From a virus (Duplodnaviria; Caudoviricetes): a stretch of DNA of 64,000 nucleotides. Below are positions 17,556 through 27,643 of the stretch, piece after piece; positions within the stretch are counted from its first letter, which is position 1; every line of letters begins with the position of its first letter. The notes below the pieces were generated by a model, which did no database searches, had not been told where the DNA came from, and saw only the letters and a program-made list of their open reading frames with translations. The stretch lies in IMG/VR virus record IMGVR_UViG_2690316366_000001, positions 1 to 64,000 of that record. The stretch is one strand, 5' to 3'. A program made the translations under genes and the position numbers.

Positions 17556-19262
17556 TCAAGACGCAAAGAGCCAGTCCGCCGCGCGGACGTGGTCCTTCTC
17601 GGGATAGGTGATGAGATCCTTGGTGCGCAGCGCGCTCCGTGGGTTGGCGTAGCTGCTCGAGGTCGCCGAGTATTGCGCGCCTTCCGCGGCCTTCGCGTTC
17701 GGGATCGATTTCGGATAATGCGCGGCGATCGCGCCCAAGATCCTGCTCTCCGGGCCGCCCAGGTTGCCGAGGACAAAATCGAGCAGCGAGCCGGTCAGCT
17801 TGATCGGATTGGCCGCGGCGCGACCGGCCGGCGTGATCGTCAGGCAATCGGGGCGCGGATAATCGATTAGGCCTGCAGTCTTCAGCCCGCTTCGCGGGTT
17901 CGCGTATGATGACGAAGTCGGGCTGTATCCCGCGAGCCATGCCACCTGCGCGTTGGCCGGGGCGTCGTGGCCCATCTTGGCCCAGGTCGCCAGCGAATTC
18001 AGGACACGCTGTTGGGGGCCCGGAAGGTTGCCGGTTGCGTTGGGGGTCTGCGGCTTCTGCGCGGGCGGTGAACCGCGCGCGGGCGACACCGGGCTGGCGG
18101 GCATATCAGTCTTCTGAGCGAAGGTGTCCACGACTTCGATCCGGATCGTGCTGAGCGAAGTGATGAAGCGGCCCTCGAGTTCGTGCAGCGCCGCTTGAAA
18201 CTCCATGCCCAGATGGCCGATCCGGGCGGCGAGATCTGCGCTCGCCTCTCGCCGCGCGCGCTCGAAGCCTTCCTGGCGCGCCGCAGCAATCACCTCCGGC
18301 CCAGCCCCAGCGGCCGCGCCGAGTTGGGACTCGAGCCGCGCGATCTCGGCCCGCAGCCGCGGCACATCATTCTCCTCCGCCAGCCTGACAGCGTCTCCGA
18401 TGATGGCGCGCAGCCGATTGCGATCGACCGCCGCGGTCTTCACCTGCAATTCGGCGTCGCCGTCCGTCGGTGTCGCGGAATTGTCGAAGCTCGAGATCTT
18501 CGGAAACTGCACCATGTCGGCGACCTGCGCCTCACCGGAGCAAATCCAGCCGGTGCCCGTCTTCAGCGAGGCGAGGGATGACGAAACCCGCTCAAAGGTC
18601 ACTTTGTCGACGTTCGCTTTCAGCCACTTCTTGACCGGATCCTGATCGGCCGGCGCCGTTAGGCGGTGCGCGATCATGGTGTCACAGCTGCCGAGCACGG
18701 CGTTGTGCAGCGCCTGGGTGCGCTGGGTCACCACCATCAGGCGGATACCCTTCGACCGGCCCGCGGTCGCCAGCTTCTTGGCGTTGTGGATCGCGAGGTT
18801 CTCGGCACCGATGCCGGCGCGCTCCTTCGGTGCGAATTCATGCGCTTCCTCGATCACGAGATAGACGACGCGGCGCATCCGCTTCATCAGGGCAGGGGCG
18901 AAGTCATTGAAGAATTTCTGGAGGCCGCCAGCGTTGAAGTCCGCCATGTCGATGATTGACAGCGGAAGATCGCCGGTGGCGACGAGCTCGCCGATCGCCT
19001 TGCCGGCAGAGTCATGCAGTGGGACATGACCGCGCGGACCGCCGAGAATGTAGAACGGCAGGCCGGGCCGCTGACCGTCGGCGCTCGACGTCATGCCCCA
19101 CCAATCCGACTTGATCGGGTCGAGGACGCAGACTCGAGCGGCCGGGTTGGCGGTGAGGATCTGCTCGACCGCGAGCTTCGCCGTGGATGTCTTGCCCGAG
19201 CCCGTCTTGCCTAGGAACGCAGTGTGCTGCTCCAAAACGGCGCGCGGGAATACGAAAGTCAT
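17556..19262 (-). CDS. HerA/FtsK-family ATPase with coiled coil and two C-terminal wHTH-like repeats
   Basis: GKTGSGKT, VLDP, IEEAHEF, GRSKG, TQR; duplicated TSSSYANPRS. Confidence 0.85.
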   Translation of the reverse strand: MTFVFPRAVLEQHTAFLGKTGSGKTSTAKLAVEQILTANPAARVCVLDPIKSDWWGMTSSADGQRPGLPFYILGGPRGHVPLHDSAGKAIGELVATGDLPLSIIDMADFNAGGLQKFFNDFAPALMKRMRRVVYLVIEEAHEFAPKERAGIGAENLAIHNAKKLATAGRSKGIRLMVVTQRTQALHNAVLGSCDTMIAHRLTAPADQDPVKKWLKANVDKVTFERVSSSLASLKTGTGWICSGEAQVADMVQFPKISSFDNSATPTDGDAELQVKTAAVDRNRLRAIIGDAVRLAEENDVPRLRAEIARLESQLGAAAGAGPEVIAAARQEGFERARREASADLAARIGHLGMEFQAALHELEGRFITSLSTIRIEVVDTFAQKTDMPASPVSPARGSPPAQKPQTPNATGNLPGPQQRVLNSLATWAKMGHDAPANAQVAWLAGYSPTSSSYANPRSGLKTAGLIDYPRPDCLTITPAGRAAANPIKLTGSLLDFVLGNLGGPESRILGAIAAHYPKSIPNAKAAEGAQYSATSSSYANPRSALRTKDLITYPEKDHVRAADWLFAS

Positions 19263-19837
19263 AGAGGAACCTCCTTAAAACGAACGAGGGGCGTGTCGCC
19301 TCTGACGTAGAGCGGGTGCTTTGGCGTGCCGCCTTTGTTAAGACCCAGACACCACATTTCGTGTCCGTCACGACGCAAAGCGTCTTCGGCATCCACCGCA
19401 AAATGCACGAGGTTGCGGTGAAGGTTGCCCCAGGCGCAGACGATCCTGGCGGCTTGCTTCGCGGTGTCGCGGATAAGCGGCAGATTGCCCTTGCTCCGCG
19501 GTGCTACGCCGGGCTTGAGAAGCGCGGCGGGTTGGGTTGCGCGGTAGTCGCAGACGTTCATCATGGCGAGGCCGTCGAAACCCCACTCCATCGAGAAGTC
19601 GATCACCTTGTTCATGGTGGGGTCGTCGACGTTGGCATCGGCGACCGACGGGTTCATGCCAATCCAAAGGACGAAGTTGTTCGGCAGCCTAGTGCCAGCA
19701 GTAAACAGGTTCGCCCACTTGCGGGTCAGCATCGGCCGATAGCAATCGTTCTCGCCCCAGAACATGGCGTCACCGGCGACGCCATCGGCGAGCCGCAGCT
19801 TGACCTTGCCGCCCGGATTGTGGAGCGCCGCGTTCAT
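19259..19837 (-). CDS. DUF1643-like protein
   Basis: WIGMNPSVADANVDDPT, CAWG, PKHPLY. Confidence 0.85.
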   Translation of the reverse strand: MNAALHNPGGKVKLRLADGVAGDAMFWGENDCYRPMLTRKWANLFTAGTRLPNNFVLWIGMNPSVADANVDDPTMNKVIDFSMEWGFDGLAMMNVCDYRATQPAALLKPGVAPRSKGNLPLIRDTAKQAARIVCAWGNLHRNLVHFAVDAEDALRRDGHEMWCLGLNKGGTPKHPLYVRGDTPLVRFKEVPL

Positions 19838-20742
19838 GACGTCGCCCCGAATTGCGGCTGGCCGCCTTCGATCAGGGCCTTCTTCCGGGCCGCGCAGGCT
19901 TGGATCAGCGTGTCGTACTCGGGCGAGCCGATCAGGATGGCATGCTTGGCCAGATAGGGGCCCGACCCGTGGTACCAGTTCTCGAGATCGGCGACGGTGG
20001 CGGCGCCGGCGATCGCGGGCAGCAGGAGATCCAGCGCTTGTTTCCGCTTGACGGTACCGCGCCGCTCGATCTCGCGGCGAGCGTTCCAGCGCCAATCCTC
20101 TCCCATCTTGTGGTCTTTGTTGGCGAGCCAATCCATGTAGCCGTCATCGGCAGTCGCTAGCGGCTTGCCGTCGAACTGCCCGAAGTCGAATTTCGTGAAG
20201 ACAGCTGGTTCGCTGCTCCACTGCACCAGCGTTTCCACGGTCTGGTATTTCAGGAGTTCGAGCACCAGCAGCCCGCAGACATAGGCGTCCGGCGCGGCGC
20301 GGTGCGGCGGCATCGCAAGTGTCGGGTCGGCGGGCTCCAGCTTGAGCGCATAGCGCAGCGCCTGGAGGGAGTGACCGTCGAGATCGGGCCACTGTCGTAG
20401 GCTGCACTTCCACGTGCAGATCCAGTCCGCCTTGATGAGAGGGTCAAGGAATTGCCGCTCGTAGGACGTGACGTGCGCGGCGAATTTCAGCTCCTCGCCA
20501 TCACCTTCCATCTCGACGAGGATCCGCCAGGCGGTGTTCCACGCTGGCGCATCCGCGACATCGGCGTCCGTGATGTGGTGAATGCCAGACGAACTCGGCG
20601 GAATTGGCGCCGCCGGCTTCACGAAGGTACGTCGCGGCAGCGAATAGAGCTTGCCGTCGCGGATGTCGTGCGCGCCAATCTCAATCACTTCGGCTCGTTC
20701 GTCCAGTCCGGTCGTTTCCAGATCCGTCGAGCGAATAATCAT
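19834..20742 (-). CDS. DEDDh 3'-5' exonuclease (ExoX-like)
   Basis: DLETTG, IHHITD, HRAAPDAY, FGQFDG. Confidence 0.88.
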   Translation of the reverse strand: MIIRSTDLETTGLDERAEVIEIGAHDIRDGKLYSLPRRTFVKPAAPIPPSSSGIHHITDADVADAPAWNTAWRILVEMEGDGEELKFAAHVTSYERQFLDPLIKADWICTWKCSLRQWPDLDGHSLQALRYALKLEPADPTLAMPPHRAAPDAYVCGLLVLELLKYQTVETLVQWSSEPAVFTKFDFGQFDGKPLATADDGYMDWLANKDHKMGEDWRWNARREIERRGTVKRKQALDLLLPAIAGAATVADLENWYHGSGPYLAKHAILIGSPEYDTLIQACAARKKALIEGGQPQFGATS

Positions 20743-21323
20743 TGAAGGCTTCTCCAGTGCTGACGGTTGATGATTTTCCGGATGCAGGACTCGCCCACGC
20801 CGTAACTTGCCGCCACGGATGCGATGGAAGGTTTCCCCTTCGCCCCCTTGGGTCGGATGCCGATCGTCAGCCGGATTTCCGAAACCTGTTCTGGGAGCAG
20901 TTTCGCCTTGTACCTACCGCCTGGTTGGCGCTTCCCGTTCCGAACAGCGTCCTTCACGTTTTGCGAGCGCGTTCCCCAGGTCAGGTTGCTGAGACGATTG
21001 TCATCGGGAAGGTCGTTGCGGTGGCACCCTTCATGTCCGGCCGGGCGCGGCCCGACGAAAGCCTCAAGCACGAGGTGGTGGACGAGCCGAGAGCCTTCCT
21101 TTCGCCCGAGCACAACGGTGCGATGGCCGCTCACTTGCGGGCCAGGCTGAAGTATCCGGCCACGATGCTTTCGCCGGATTGTTAGATCGCGGCCGCTGTA
21201 TTGGTCGCGCCGGACATAGGTCTCGATGCGGTCGAGGCTTCGGACACGGCCGAGCTCAGAGACCTCATACTTCCCTTCGAAGCCGACAACTGGAAGCCAG
21301 CGTTCGGTCAAGCTGCGCTCCAT
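20739..21323 (-). CDS. NUMOD4/HNH homing endonuclease
   Basis: WLPVVGFEGKYEVSELGRVRS; VHHLVLEAF...CHRNDLPDDNRLSNL. Confidence 0.9.
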   Translation of the reverse strand: MERSLTERWLPVVGFEGKYEVSELGRVRSLDRIETYVRRDQYSGRDLTIRRKHRGRILQPGPQVSGHRTVVLGRKEGSRLVHHLVLEAFVGPRPAGHEGCHRNDLPDDNRLSNLTWGTRSQNVKDAVRNGKRQPGGRYKAKLLPEQVSEIRLTIGIRPKGAKGKPSIASVAASYGVGESCIRKIINRQHWRSLQ

Positions 21324-22051
21324 TGTCCACGGCCGACCCGTACGCCGGCGCCCAGCTGGAGCACCTGCCGGATCTTGGCCTGGTAATTCGGGTTGGCCGC
21401 GGCCTTCGGGTGAGACGCGAATGCGCGGTAGATATCGGCGAGGGCAACGGGACCGCGTTGCGCGCGCAGCCAGTCCGCGATAGCGTCGCGCCAGGTGGTC
21501 GCCAGCGCCAGGACGACCACGCTCCGCGGCAGCCGCAGCGGCACGAACTGACCGAAGGCTGGATCGACAGAAGCCAGCACCGCGGCATGTCGATCGCCAT
21601 AGGCGCAGAGAACCGACGGCGCGCCGGAGTCGCCGGCAGTGCCACCATCTGGCGTGCAGAAGTCGATCCGGCCGCGCGGGAACAGAACCGCGGTGGCGCG
21701 CTCCCAGACGTAGCGGAAGAATGTCGATGTCTCCGTCCTGGCGAAGATCAACGCGATGCCGCGGCCGTGCGCCGCCATTCGCGCCATGAAGCGGCCGAGC
21801 AGCCCGCGCAGATAGGGCGGGTTGAGCCAGACGTCGCCTTCCCAAGGCAGGAGCAGCCCGTTGTCGGCAATCGTGTAGTGGCGGCGGGCGGTCGGCCACG
21901 GCTGGTCGACCATCGCACTCGGATCCAAGTCGAAGGATTCCCAGCCGCCGAGCATGCGCAGCAGCCAAGGCGGAGTCAGCCAGTTGTCCGTGCGGCCGCG
22001 CCGCGGAGTTTGGTGGCCGCCGATGCCGGCAAAGAGAGGGGCGCTATGCAT
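21308..22051 (-). CDS. Phage Dam-type N6-adenine DNA methyltransferase
   Basis: WLTPP, FDLDP, WLNPPY, ARTET, GRIDF. Confidence 0.88.
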   Translation of the reverse strand: MHSAPLFAGIGGHQTPRRGRTDNWLTPPWLLRMLGGWESFDLDPSAMVDQPWPTARRHYTIADNGLLLPWEGDVWLNPPYLRGLLGRFMARMAAHGRGIALIFARTETSTFFRYVWERATAVLFPRGRIDFCTPDGGTAGDSGAPSVLCAYGDRHAAVLASVDPAFGQFVPLRLPRSVVVLALATTWRDAIADWLRAQRGPVALADIYRAFASHPKAAANPNYQAKIRQVLQLGAGVRVGRGQWSAA

Positions 22052-22412
22052 CCGCCGCCTCCTTCACTGCTTGCCGCTCGCGTCGATCAGTCCGCCGGCC
22101 GATCCTGAGAAAGCCGAACGGGAGATGGATCTCGATGTTCGGCGCTCCGAAACAGATGTGGAGCCCGAAAGAGAAATGGTCCCAACCGGTGCGCCAGAAG
22201 TAGCAGACCCAGCTTTCGCCATCCCAACCGAACAGTCGGGTGCGAAGCATTTCCTCCCACCGAGCCCAGTTCTCCTTTGCTCTCCGCGCTCTTTCTCTTT
22301 CCTCCGATGCAGCCATGAAAATGACACCGTCGCTCACGCCGTCGCGATACGATGGGTCGCTAACGAACCGGTCGCGGTCGTAATCAGGCTCCTGCGAGCG
22401 AGACCTGCTCAT
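22044..22412 (-). CDS. Hypothetical protein
   Basis: Operonic overlap. Confidence 0.6.
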   Translation of the reverse strand: MSRSRSQEPDYDRDRFVSDPSYRDGVSDGVIFMAASEERERARRAKENWARWEEMLRTRLFGWDGESWVCYFWRTGWDHFSFGLHICFGAPNIEIHLPFGFLRIGRRTDRRERQAVKEAADA

Positions 22413-22547
22413 GGCGACGCTCCAGACCGCTCCGCCGACCAGCTGCGGCGCTCAGCCCATTTCAAGACGGCCGGCGTGAGCGCTGTAGACGGGACGGCGC
22501 AATCCCATGTCGCAACGTCCATCTTCTGATGGACCTCGCAGCACCTG

Positions 22548-23042
22548 TCAGCCATGGGCGGTCTCCGCCTTGCCGTTCTGCTTGACCTGTGCGTAATGCC
22601 AATCCCGGACCGCTCGATAGGTCAGCCCGGTCAAGATCTCGGTCGCGCGCTGGCACTGTTCCAGCGTGAACATGCCGAAATGGCAGTCATCGCGATCGAT
22701 CCCGAGGTGGTGCGCCAGGTAGCGGTAAAGCCGCGATCGTGCGGCCTTCTTGATCCGGTTCTCGGTCCGGTGGTCCTCCGGTGAGTAATGGCCGGTTTCA
22801 AGCGCGCTCTTCCAGATCGGATCGAAGACGTTGTCGTGCAGGTTCGATCGCGCAGCGCGTGTGGCAGCGTTCGCCGGCGTGCCGAGGCTTTTCGTGGTGC
22901 CGGGGTGGCAGCCGCAGTAGGCGCCGCAGCGGTCGCACTTATAGAAGTGCTTCCAGTGAAGGTCGCGCCGGTGCGGATAGATCTCGGTGCCGGTCGTCAG
23001 ACGAGTGGCGACTCCGCAACAGATTGGAGCGGTCTCGGTCAT
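22548..23042 (-). CDS. Zinc-finger protein (DUF3268-like)
   Basis: IYPHR...CDRCGAYCGCHPGT..LGTPA...FDPIW...CHFGMF. Confidence 0.8.
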   Translation of the reverse strand: MTETAPICCGVATRLTTGTEIYPHRRDLHWKHFYKCDRCGAYCGCHPGTTKSLGTPANAATRAARSNLHDNVFDPIWKSALETGHYSPEDHRTENRIKKAARSRLYRYLAHHLGIDRDDCHFGMFTLEQCQRATEILTGLTYRAVRDWHYAQVKQNGKAETAHG

Positions 23043-23695
23043 GCTGCGCGTGCCTCCGGCTTATCGATGTTCGCCATGATGACTTGGAAGGTGAGGGCGA
23101 CGACCTCGGGGTTTTCGTCCCAAGAGCCTTTGCGGTGGAGGTCGGTCCAGAGCAGTGCGAAGGCATCCGCGGCGCCGCCGACGGGACCATCGAATCCCGG
23201 ATCCGGCCCAAAGGCTCGGCAGCCCTCGAGTTCGGCGTCTGCTTCGGTGATGTCCTGCAGCCGTTCGATCTTGGTATCGGTCACGATGAGCGTGATGCGC
23301 GAAAAAACGCGCGGCATGTGAATCGAGACGATTGGCTTGGTCCAGTCGCCATCATCCGGATTGCCGTCGGCCCAGTACCAGACCTCGGTATCGGTGATCA
23401 GGCTTGGCTTCGTCCCGGTCCAACGGTGCTCGGCGCTGGTGGTCTCGCGCACCCAGAGCCGGTCGCCGGGCTTCACCGCTTGCCACGGTGACGGCGGCCA
23501 GGCGATCCGCAAGCCGGTGTCGTCGGCACCGCTGACTTTGCTACCGTTGGCCCGTAGCCTTCGCGCTTGCTCTCCGTCTTCGTCGCCATAGACGCTGAAC
23601 GGTTTGGCCCATGCCAAGCGTCTCGTCATTCGCTTACGATTGGCGCGCAAGGCTTGCACCATAGGGGCGCTGAAGATGACCGGAACGTCCTTCAT
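23039..23695 (-). CDS. Conserved phage protein, ASCH/PUA-like
   Basis: FSAPMVQAL...KRMTRR, GDRLWVRET, SIHMPR, ERLQDITEADAELEG. Confidence 0.75.
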   Translation of the reverse strand: MKDVPVIFSAPMVQALRANRKRMTRRLAWAKPFSVYGDEDGEQARRLRANGSKVSGADDTGLRIAWPPSPWQAVKPGDRLWVRETTSAEHRWTGTKPSLITDTEVWYWADGNPDDGDWTKPIVSIHMPRVFSRITLIVTDTKIERLQDITEADAELEGCRAFGPDPGFDGPVGGAADAFALLWTDLHRKGSWDENPEVVALTFQVIMANIDKPEARAA

Positions 23696-24333
23696 TTGCC
23701 GAACACAGCCTCGCAAACGGCGCGGCATTTCGCGATGTCGAACCGGTCGTCGGTCCGAACGCCGCTCTCCATGTCGATCCAGTACCGACCCGGCATCTGC
23801 TCAAGCACCGACATGACGCCGCGGATGTTGTTCGGGGAGATGCCGCCGGCGTACCCGACGAGCCGATCGCCGCCGGGGTGCACCGGCCAGGCTGTCGGCG
23901 CGACGCCGGCGCCACCACTGCGGTCAAACAGCCAGTCCACCGATGTGTCGGTCGGGAAGGCGTCGGCCCGCGTCTGCGCGATGCCGCGCATCTTTCCCCA
24001 CCCGTTTCGGAACTCGATGATGCGCGCCGGCTTTGGATCGGCGTGGTTGACCTGGACACGCGTGAAATAGAAGAAATCAACCGGAGGGCTCTCGATGTCC
24101 CGTCCTTCCATGATGGCGTCGCTGTAGTCGCCGCAGAGGTGTGCCGATAGACGAAGCCCGCTCCACATGAACCGGGACAGCGCGTCACCATCTGGATAGC
24201 GCGGATCGGTGCCCTGACGTTTCGGGCTGAACAGGATCCCGAATTCGACGGGATACTTCAGCGACAGCGTGTGGATGTCATAGAGCTCGGTCCAGTTGTC
24301 GATGCCGGTGAAGGTGATGAACTCGGGCTTCAT
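23692..24333 (-). CDS. TrpF(PRAI)-like TIM-barrel protein
   Basis: LFDRSGGAG, GYAGGISPNN, WIDMESGVR phosphate-binding-like motifs. Confidence 0.72.
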   Translation of the reverse strand: MKPEFITFTGIDNWTELYDIHTLSLKYPVEFGILFSPKRQGTDPRYPDGDALSRFMWSGLRLSAHLCGDYSDAIMEGRDIESPPVDFFYFTRVQVNHADPKPARIIEFRNGWGKMRGIAQTRADAFPTDTSVDWLFDRSGGAGVAPTAWPVHPGGDRLVGYAGGISPNNIRGVMSVLEQMPGRYWIDMESGVRTDDRFDIAKCRAVCEAVFGK

Positions 24334-25172
24334 GCCGCGGCTCCATGATACTGCGGCACGCGCAGCGGGTTTTCGTAGTCGGCGGGAAGAAAAGCCTGGA
24401 GGTCACGCTTGACGTAGTGGCGCGCGCCGAGCTCGCGGCAGGCCTGGGTCACATCGCGGGTGTAGGCAGCCCAATCGATCGTCTTCGAGATCGTCGGGAC
24501 GTAATTGGCCCGGCCGATCTTGTAGAGATCGACGAACCGATAGGTATCCCGCACGATCGCGATCGAGGCCGCGGCATCGAGCGTTGGTTCAAGCGAGACC
24601 CAAGTGAAGATGCCGGCCTGGTGAAATGTCTCGAGGACGGCGATCCGCTCTCCCGGCAGCGCCGCGTTGCGCTCCCATTTCTGCGAGAAAGCGTCGTCAA
24701 GCGTTGTCAGCGTGCAGGCATAGGCGTCTCGGGCCCGCCGGTATTCGGGCAGGAAAGGCAGCGCGCGCCGGCCGCCCTTGGACAGCGTGCAGAATGCCAT
24801 GCCACCTTCCTTTAGGGCGTGCATGGCCTGCCGCGTCAGTGAGAGGTCACCGCGGTGGAACGGATCGCTGGAGAACGTGATAAAGATCTGATCGGCGGGA
24901 TGCCCGTCGGAGATGCCCGCGGCCTGATAGCGTCGGATGTCGCGCTCAAGACGCTGCATGAACCCGGGCCGCGGCACGGCGCCTTGATCGAAGGTCGGCC
25001 GAGGGATGTGCGTTGCTGGCGGGACGTAGCAGTAGGCGCATCCATGCCCGCATCCGCGGTAGGGATTTGTGGCCAGCGGTGCGTATTCGCCAGCATTACC
25101 CTTTGGACGATAGATGACGTCGGCGCCAGGCACGATCGGCTGATCGGTGAAGTGTCCGTCGTCGCCAATCAT
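24330..25172 (-). CDS. Radical SAM protein (SplB-like)
   Basis: NPYRGCGHGCAYCY (CxxxCxxC), SDPF, VSLEP. Confidence 0.88.
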   Translation of the reverse strand: MIGDDGHFTDQPIVPGADVIYRPKGNAGEYAPLATNPYRGCGHGCAYCYVPPATHIPRPTFDQGAVPRPGFMQRLERDIRRYQAAGISDGHPADQIFITFSSDPFHRGDLSLTRQAMHALKEGGMAFCTLSKGGRRALPFLPEYRRARDAYACTLTTLDDAFSQKWERNAALPGERIAVLETFHQAGIFTWVSLEPTLDAAASIAIVRDTYRFVDLYKIGRANYVPTISKTIDWAAYTRDVTQACRELGARHYVKRDLQAFLPADYENPLRVPQYHGAAA

Positions 25173-25756
25173 TGCTCGACCTCGATCGGGCAGGACTGGC
25201 CGTCGTACATTTCCGCGAGGACGTCGGTGACCAGCGGCAGAAACTTCCGGTAGGCGTGCAACACCGTGGTGTGATCGCGTCCGCCGAAGGAGCGGCCGAT
25301 CTCGTTGTGGCTGGTCGGCGTCAGCATCTTCCCGAGACACATCGCGATCTGTCGGATGCGGGTAACGCCGTGCCGGCGAGAATGGTGGGTGAAGCCGTCC
25401 TGGCTGACCTTGAAGGCATGGCCGACGGCCAGCTTCACCACGCCGATCCGACGTTCTGTTCGCGAAAGCCGACCGAGCAGGGCAAAATACCGGGCAATGG
25501 ATCGGCGGACCGCGACACGCTCGGCCTCGGCACTCAGCCTGGCTACCTCAGCCGGAGCGCGATGGGACTGCGACGGGACGATATCCTCGACCGTCGCGAA
25601 CGAGGTCGTCACCGGCAGCATGAGGACGCCAGGCTGGGGCAGGGCCAGCAGATCCCGACGCCACTGCGGAATGGCGACTGGCAGCCGGGCGCGGACCGCA
25701 CGGTAGTGCGCCGTCATGTCGGCCGCGGTGTGGAATTCTAGCGTGGCAAGGTTCAT
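25169..25756 (-). CDS. Protein with DnaA C-terminal (domain IV) HTH
   Basis: RQIAMCL...EIGRSFGGRDHTTVLHA; no AAA+ domain. Confidence 0.88.
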   Translation of the reverse strand: MNLATLEFHTAADMTAHYRAVRARLPVAIPQWRRDLLALPQPGVLMLPVTTSFATVEDIVPSQSHRAPAEVARLSAEAERVAVRRSIARYFALLGRLSRTERRIGVVKLAVGHAFKVSQDGFTHHSRRHGVTRIRQIAMCLGKMLTPTSHNEIGRSFGGRDHTTVLHAYRKFLPLVTDVLAEMYDGQSCPIEVEQ

Positions 25757-26226
25757 CCAACTTTCCTCGATTGGCGCTTCGGGAACGACGACCGACCCAT
25801 GAGTTTGCGTTTTGGCTTGTTCGGCTCGGGCCGTGGTTGCCCCGTGATCTTCGCCGTCATGACGTCCTGATGATCGGCGTGGCTGCGCGCGATGTTGCGC
25901 GTCCGAGCTCGTTCGCCGGTGTCGGAGCCGCGCGTCGTTATGCGCTTCGTGCCGCCGGGCCCGTTGGTCCGGACGTCGTGCTGCTTAAGCGTGATCGCTT
26001 CGATGTGCTCCGGATCGTTCGCCGGCGGGATCGTGTCCCACTTTTCCGTGTCGAACTTCCGCGCCTCAAGCGCTGGCCGGTGATCAAAATGAGTGTTCTC
26101 GACGGTGCCGAGACGCTCATTGTTGATCTTGCTGCGGCCGCCCTGGTTGATCAGCACCTGCAGCTTAACCCTGCAATGTGTCGTCGGGCGCTTCCAGTCC
26201 GGCGGCGGGCGATCGAGGATGGTCAT
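25753..26226 (-). CDS. HNH-like protein
   Basis: FDHRPAL...NDPEHIEAI...HDVRT; degenerate. Confidence 0.55.
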   Translation of the reverse strand: MTILDRPPPDWKRPTTHCRVKLQVLINQGGRSKINNERLGTVENTHFDHRPALEARKFDTEKWDTIPPANDPEHIEAITLKQHDVRTNGPGGTKRITTRGSDTGERARTRNIARSHADHQDVMTAKITGQPRPEPNKPKRKLMGRSSFPKRQSRKVG

Positions 26227-27635
26227 CGCGCGATGATCTCCTCGACCTGCTTCGTGCAGTCCGCCGCGGTCACCTCGCCGGTGACGCGCTTGACATGCAC
26301 GGCATAGATGGCTTGTGCCTTCTTCTGGCCGGCGTCGTCGAACGCGCCGTCCTTGCCGTTCTTCTCGTACCAGGCGTGCGACATTTTCCCGACCTTCGGC
26401 GGGCCGCCGTTCTCGATTGTCGCGAGAGCCTTGTGGTAGGAGCGAAGCTGATCGGGAGCGGACGCGGCGCCATTGCCACGGGTCGCGTCCGCTCCGTCAG
26501 CTGCCGAGGACGTTGGGGACTCACTCGGCTGCGGTTTGCCGCCGGCCGCGGGCGCGGTGCCGGACAGCAAATCAGGTTGGGACGAGCCACTGGCGGTGCG
26601 CTCCTGGCTCGTCCCAGCATCGGCGGGGGCTGGCTTCGCCGATGCCTGCGCCGGGGTGGCAGCGCTGTCCGATCGGGCCGCGGGTTGATGTCCCGCCGCA
26701 TGGCCAGATGGATGCGCTGCCTCCGCCGCGGCGGAATCCTTGCCCGGCTTTTCTGCGGAAGATTGGTCTGCAGCTGCCGCCGCGTCGTTTGCGCCGACCA
26801 CCGTCTGCTGATCAGCGCCGCCGGCGTCCTTCTTCACTAGCGGGTTGAAGTTGGGGTCTGTTTCCCTTTCGCGCTTAGCGAACATGGACTCGACTGTCTC
26901 TTCGCCGTTCTTCAAGGCAGAGAACATCCCCCGCATGACCGTGATGTGCTCGAGGGTGATGTCGTCGGCACCGAGCACACCAATCGCGGCGAAGACCTGC
27001 TCTGGTTTCACGCCATAGATCGCAAAGGCCTTGATGGCCTTCTCGCGGTTTTCGGCAAGCGTCATGACGTCACCGGAGATGACCTTGACGACGGCTTCAT
27101 AGGCCGCGCGCCAAACCGGCTTCGGGACGCCCTTGAGAATAGCTTCGCGCATGGCGACCGACGACGCGGCGTTCGACGTCACCATGATCATGTCGTCCGG
27201 AAACAACTTACCGTTGCGACCGGATATGCGGCGACGATGTGGGATACGGGTGACCGTGTTCGTCTCGAGGTCGTGGAAGATGCCGACGGCCTCTACGTAC
27301 TTCAGCTCTTTGTTGACCTCGCTGACCTCGACGCTCGCCCGGCAATTGCCCCACGCTTGTTTAACCGCCTCCGCAAAGCGAATGGATGGTCCCGTCACCG
27401 GCTTGCCGGCGCGGGGAAGGGCGTACATAGCCTCCTCTGCTGCGGCGTCATCGAGAGTGACAAGTTCGACCAGCGCCTTGCGCACCTGGCTCGGCCTGCG
27501 GGGATAGGCACGCGCCGTGGAAATCTGCATGTCGATTTCTGCGCGGGCGACAGCATTCATGCCGCCAGCCGTCGTCACCAGCATGCCGGCGGTGTCGCTC
27601 GAGTCGATGTTTTCGTTGTCGATGATCTCGTTCAT
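26223..27635 (-). CDS. Putative recombination (ssDNA-annealing) protein with low-complexity C-terminus
   Basis: ARAYPR, GPSIRFAE..WGN; lies next to an exonuclease VIII-like gene; function inferred. Confidence 0.55.
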   Translation of the reverse strand: MNEIIDNENIDSSDTAGMLVTTAGGMNAVARAEIDMQISTARAYPRRPSQVRKALVELVTLDDAAAEEAMYALPRAGKPVTGPSIRFAEAVKQAWGNCRASVEVSEVNKELKYVEAVGIFHDLETNTVTRIPHRRRISGRNGKLFPDDMIMVTSNAASSVAMREAILKGVPKPVWRAAYEAVVKVISGDVMTLAENREKAIKAFAIYGVKPEQVFAAIGVLGADDITLEHITVMRGMFSALKNGEETVESMFAKRERETDPNFNPLVKKDAGGADQQTVVGANDAAAAADQSSAEKPGKDSAAAEAAHPSGHAAGHQPAARSDSAATPAQASAKPAPADAGTSQERTASGSSQPDLLSGTAPAAGGKPQPSESPTSSAADGADATRGNGAASAPDQLRSYHKALATIENGGPPKVGKMSHAWYEKNGKDGAFDDAGQKKAQAIYAVHVKRVTGEVTAADCTKQVEEIIAR

Positions 27636-27643
27636 CTATTGCC

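Noticed and set aside
20739-21968. Apparent long N-terminal fusions in the ORF track (also 19259-20131, 24330-25340, 39060-40415, 45699-47024)
   Set aside because: The extensions overlap upstream genes; downstream starts, mostly coupled to the upstream stop codon, explain them.
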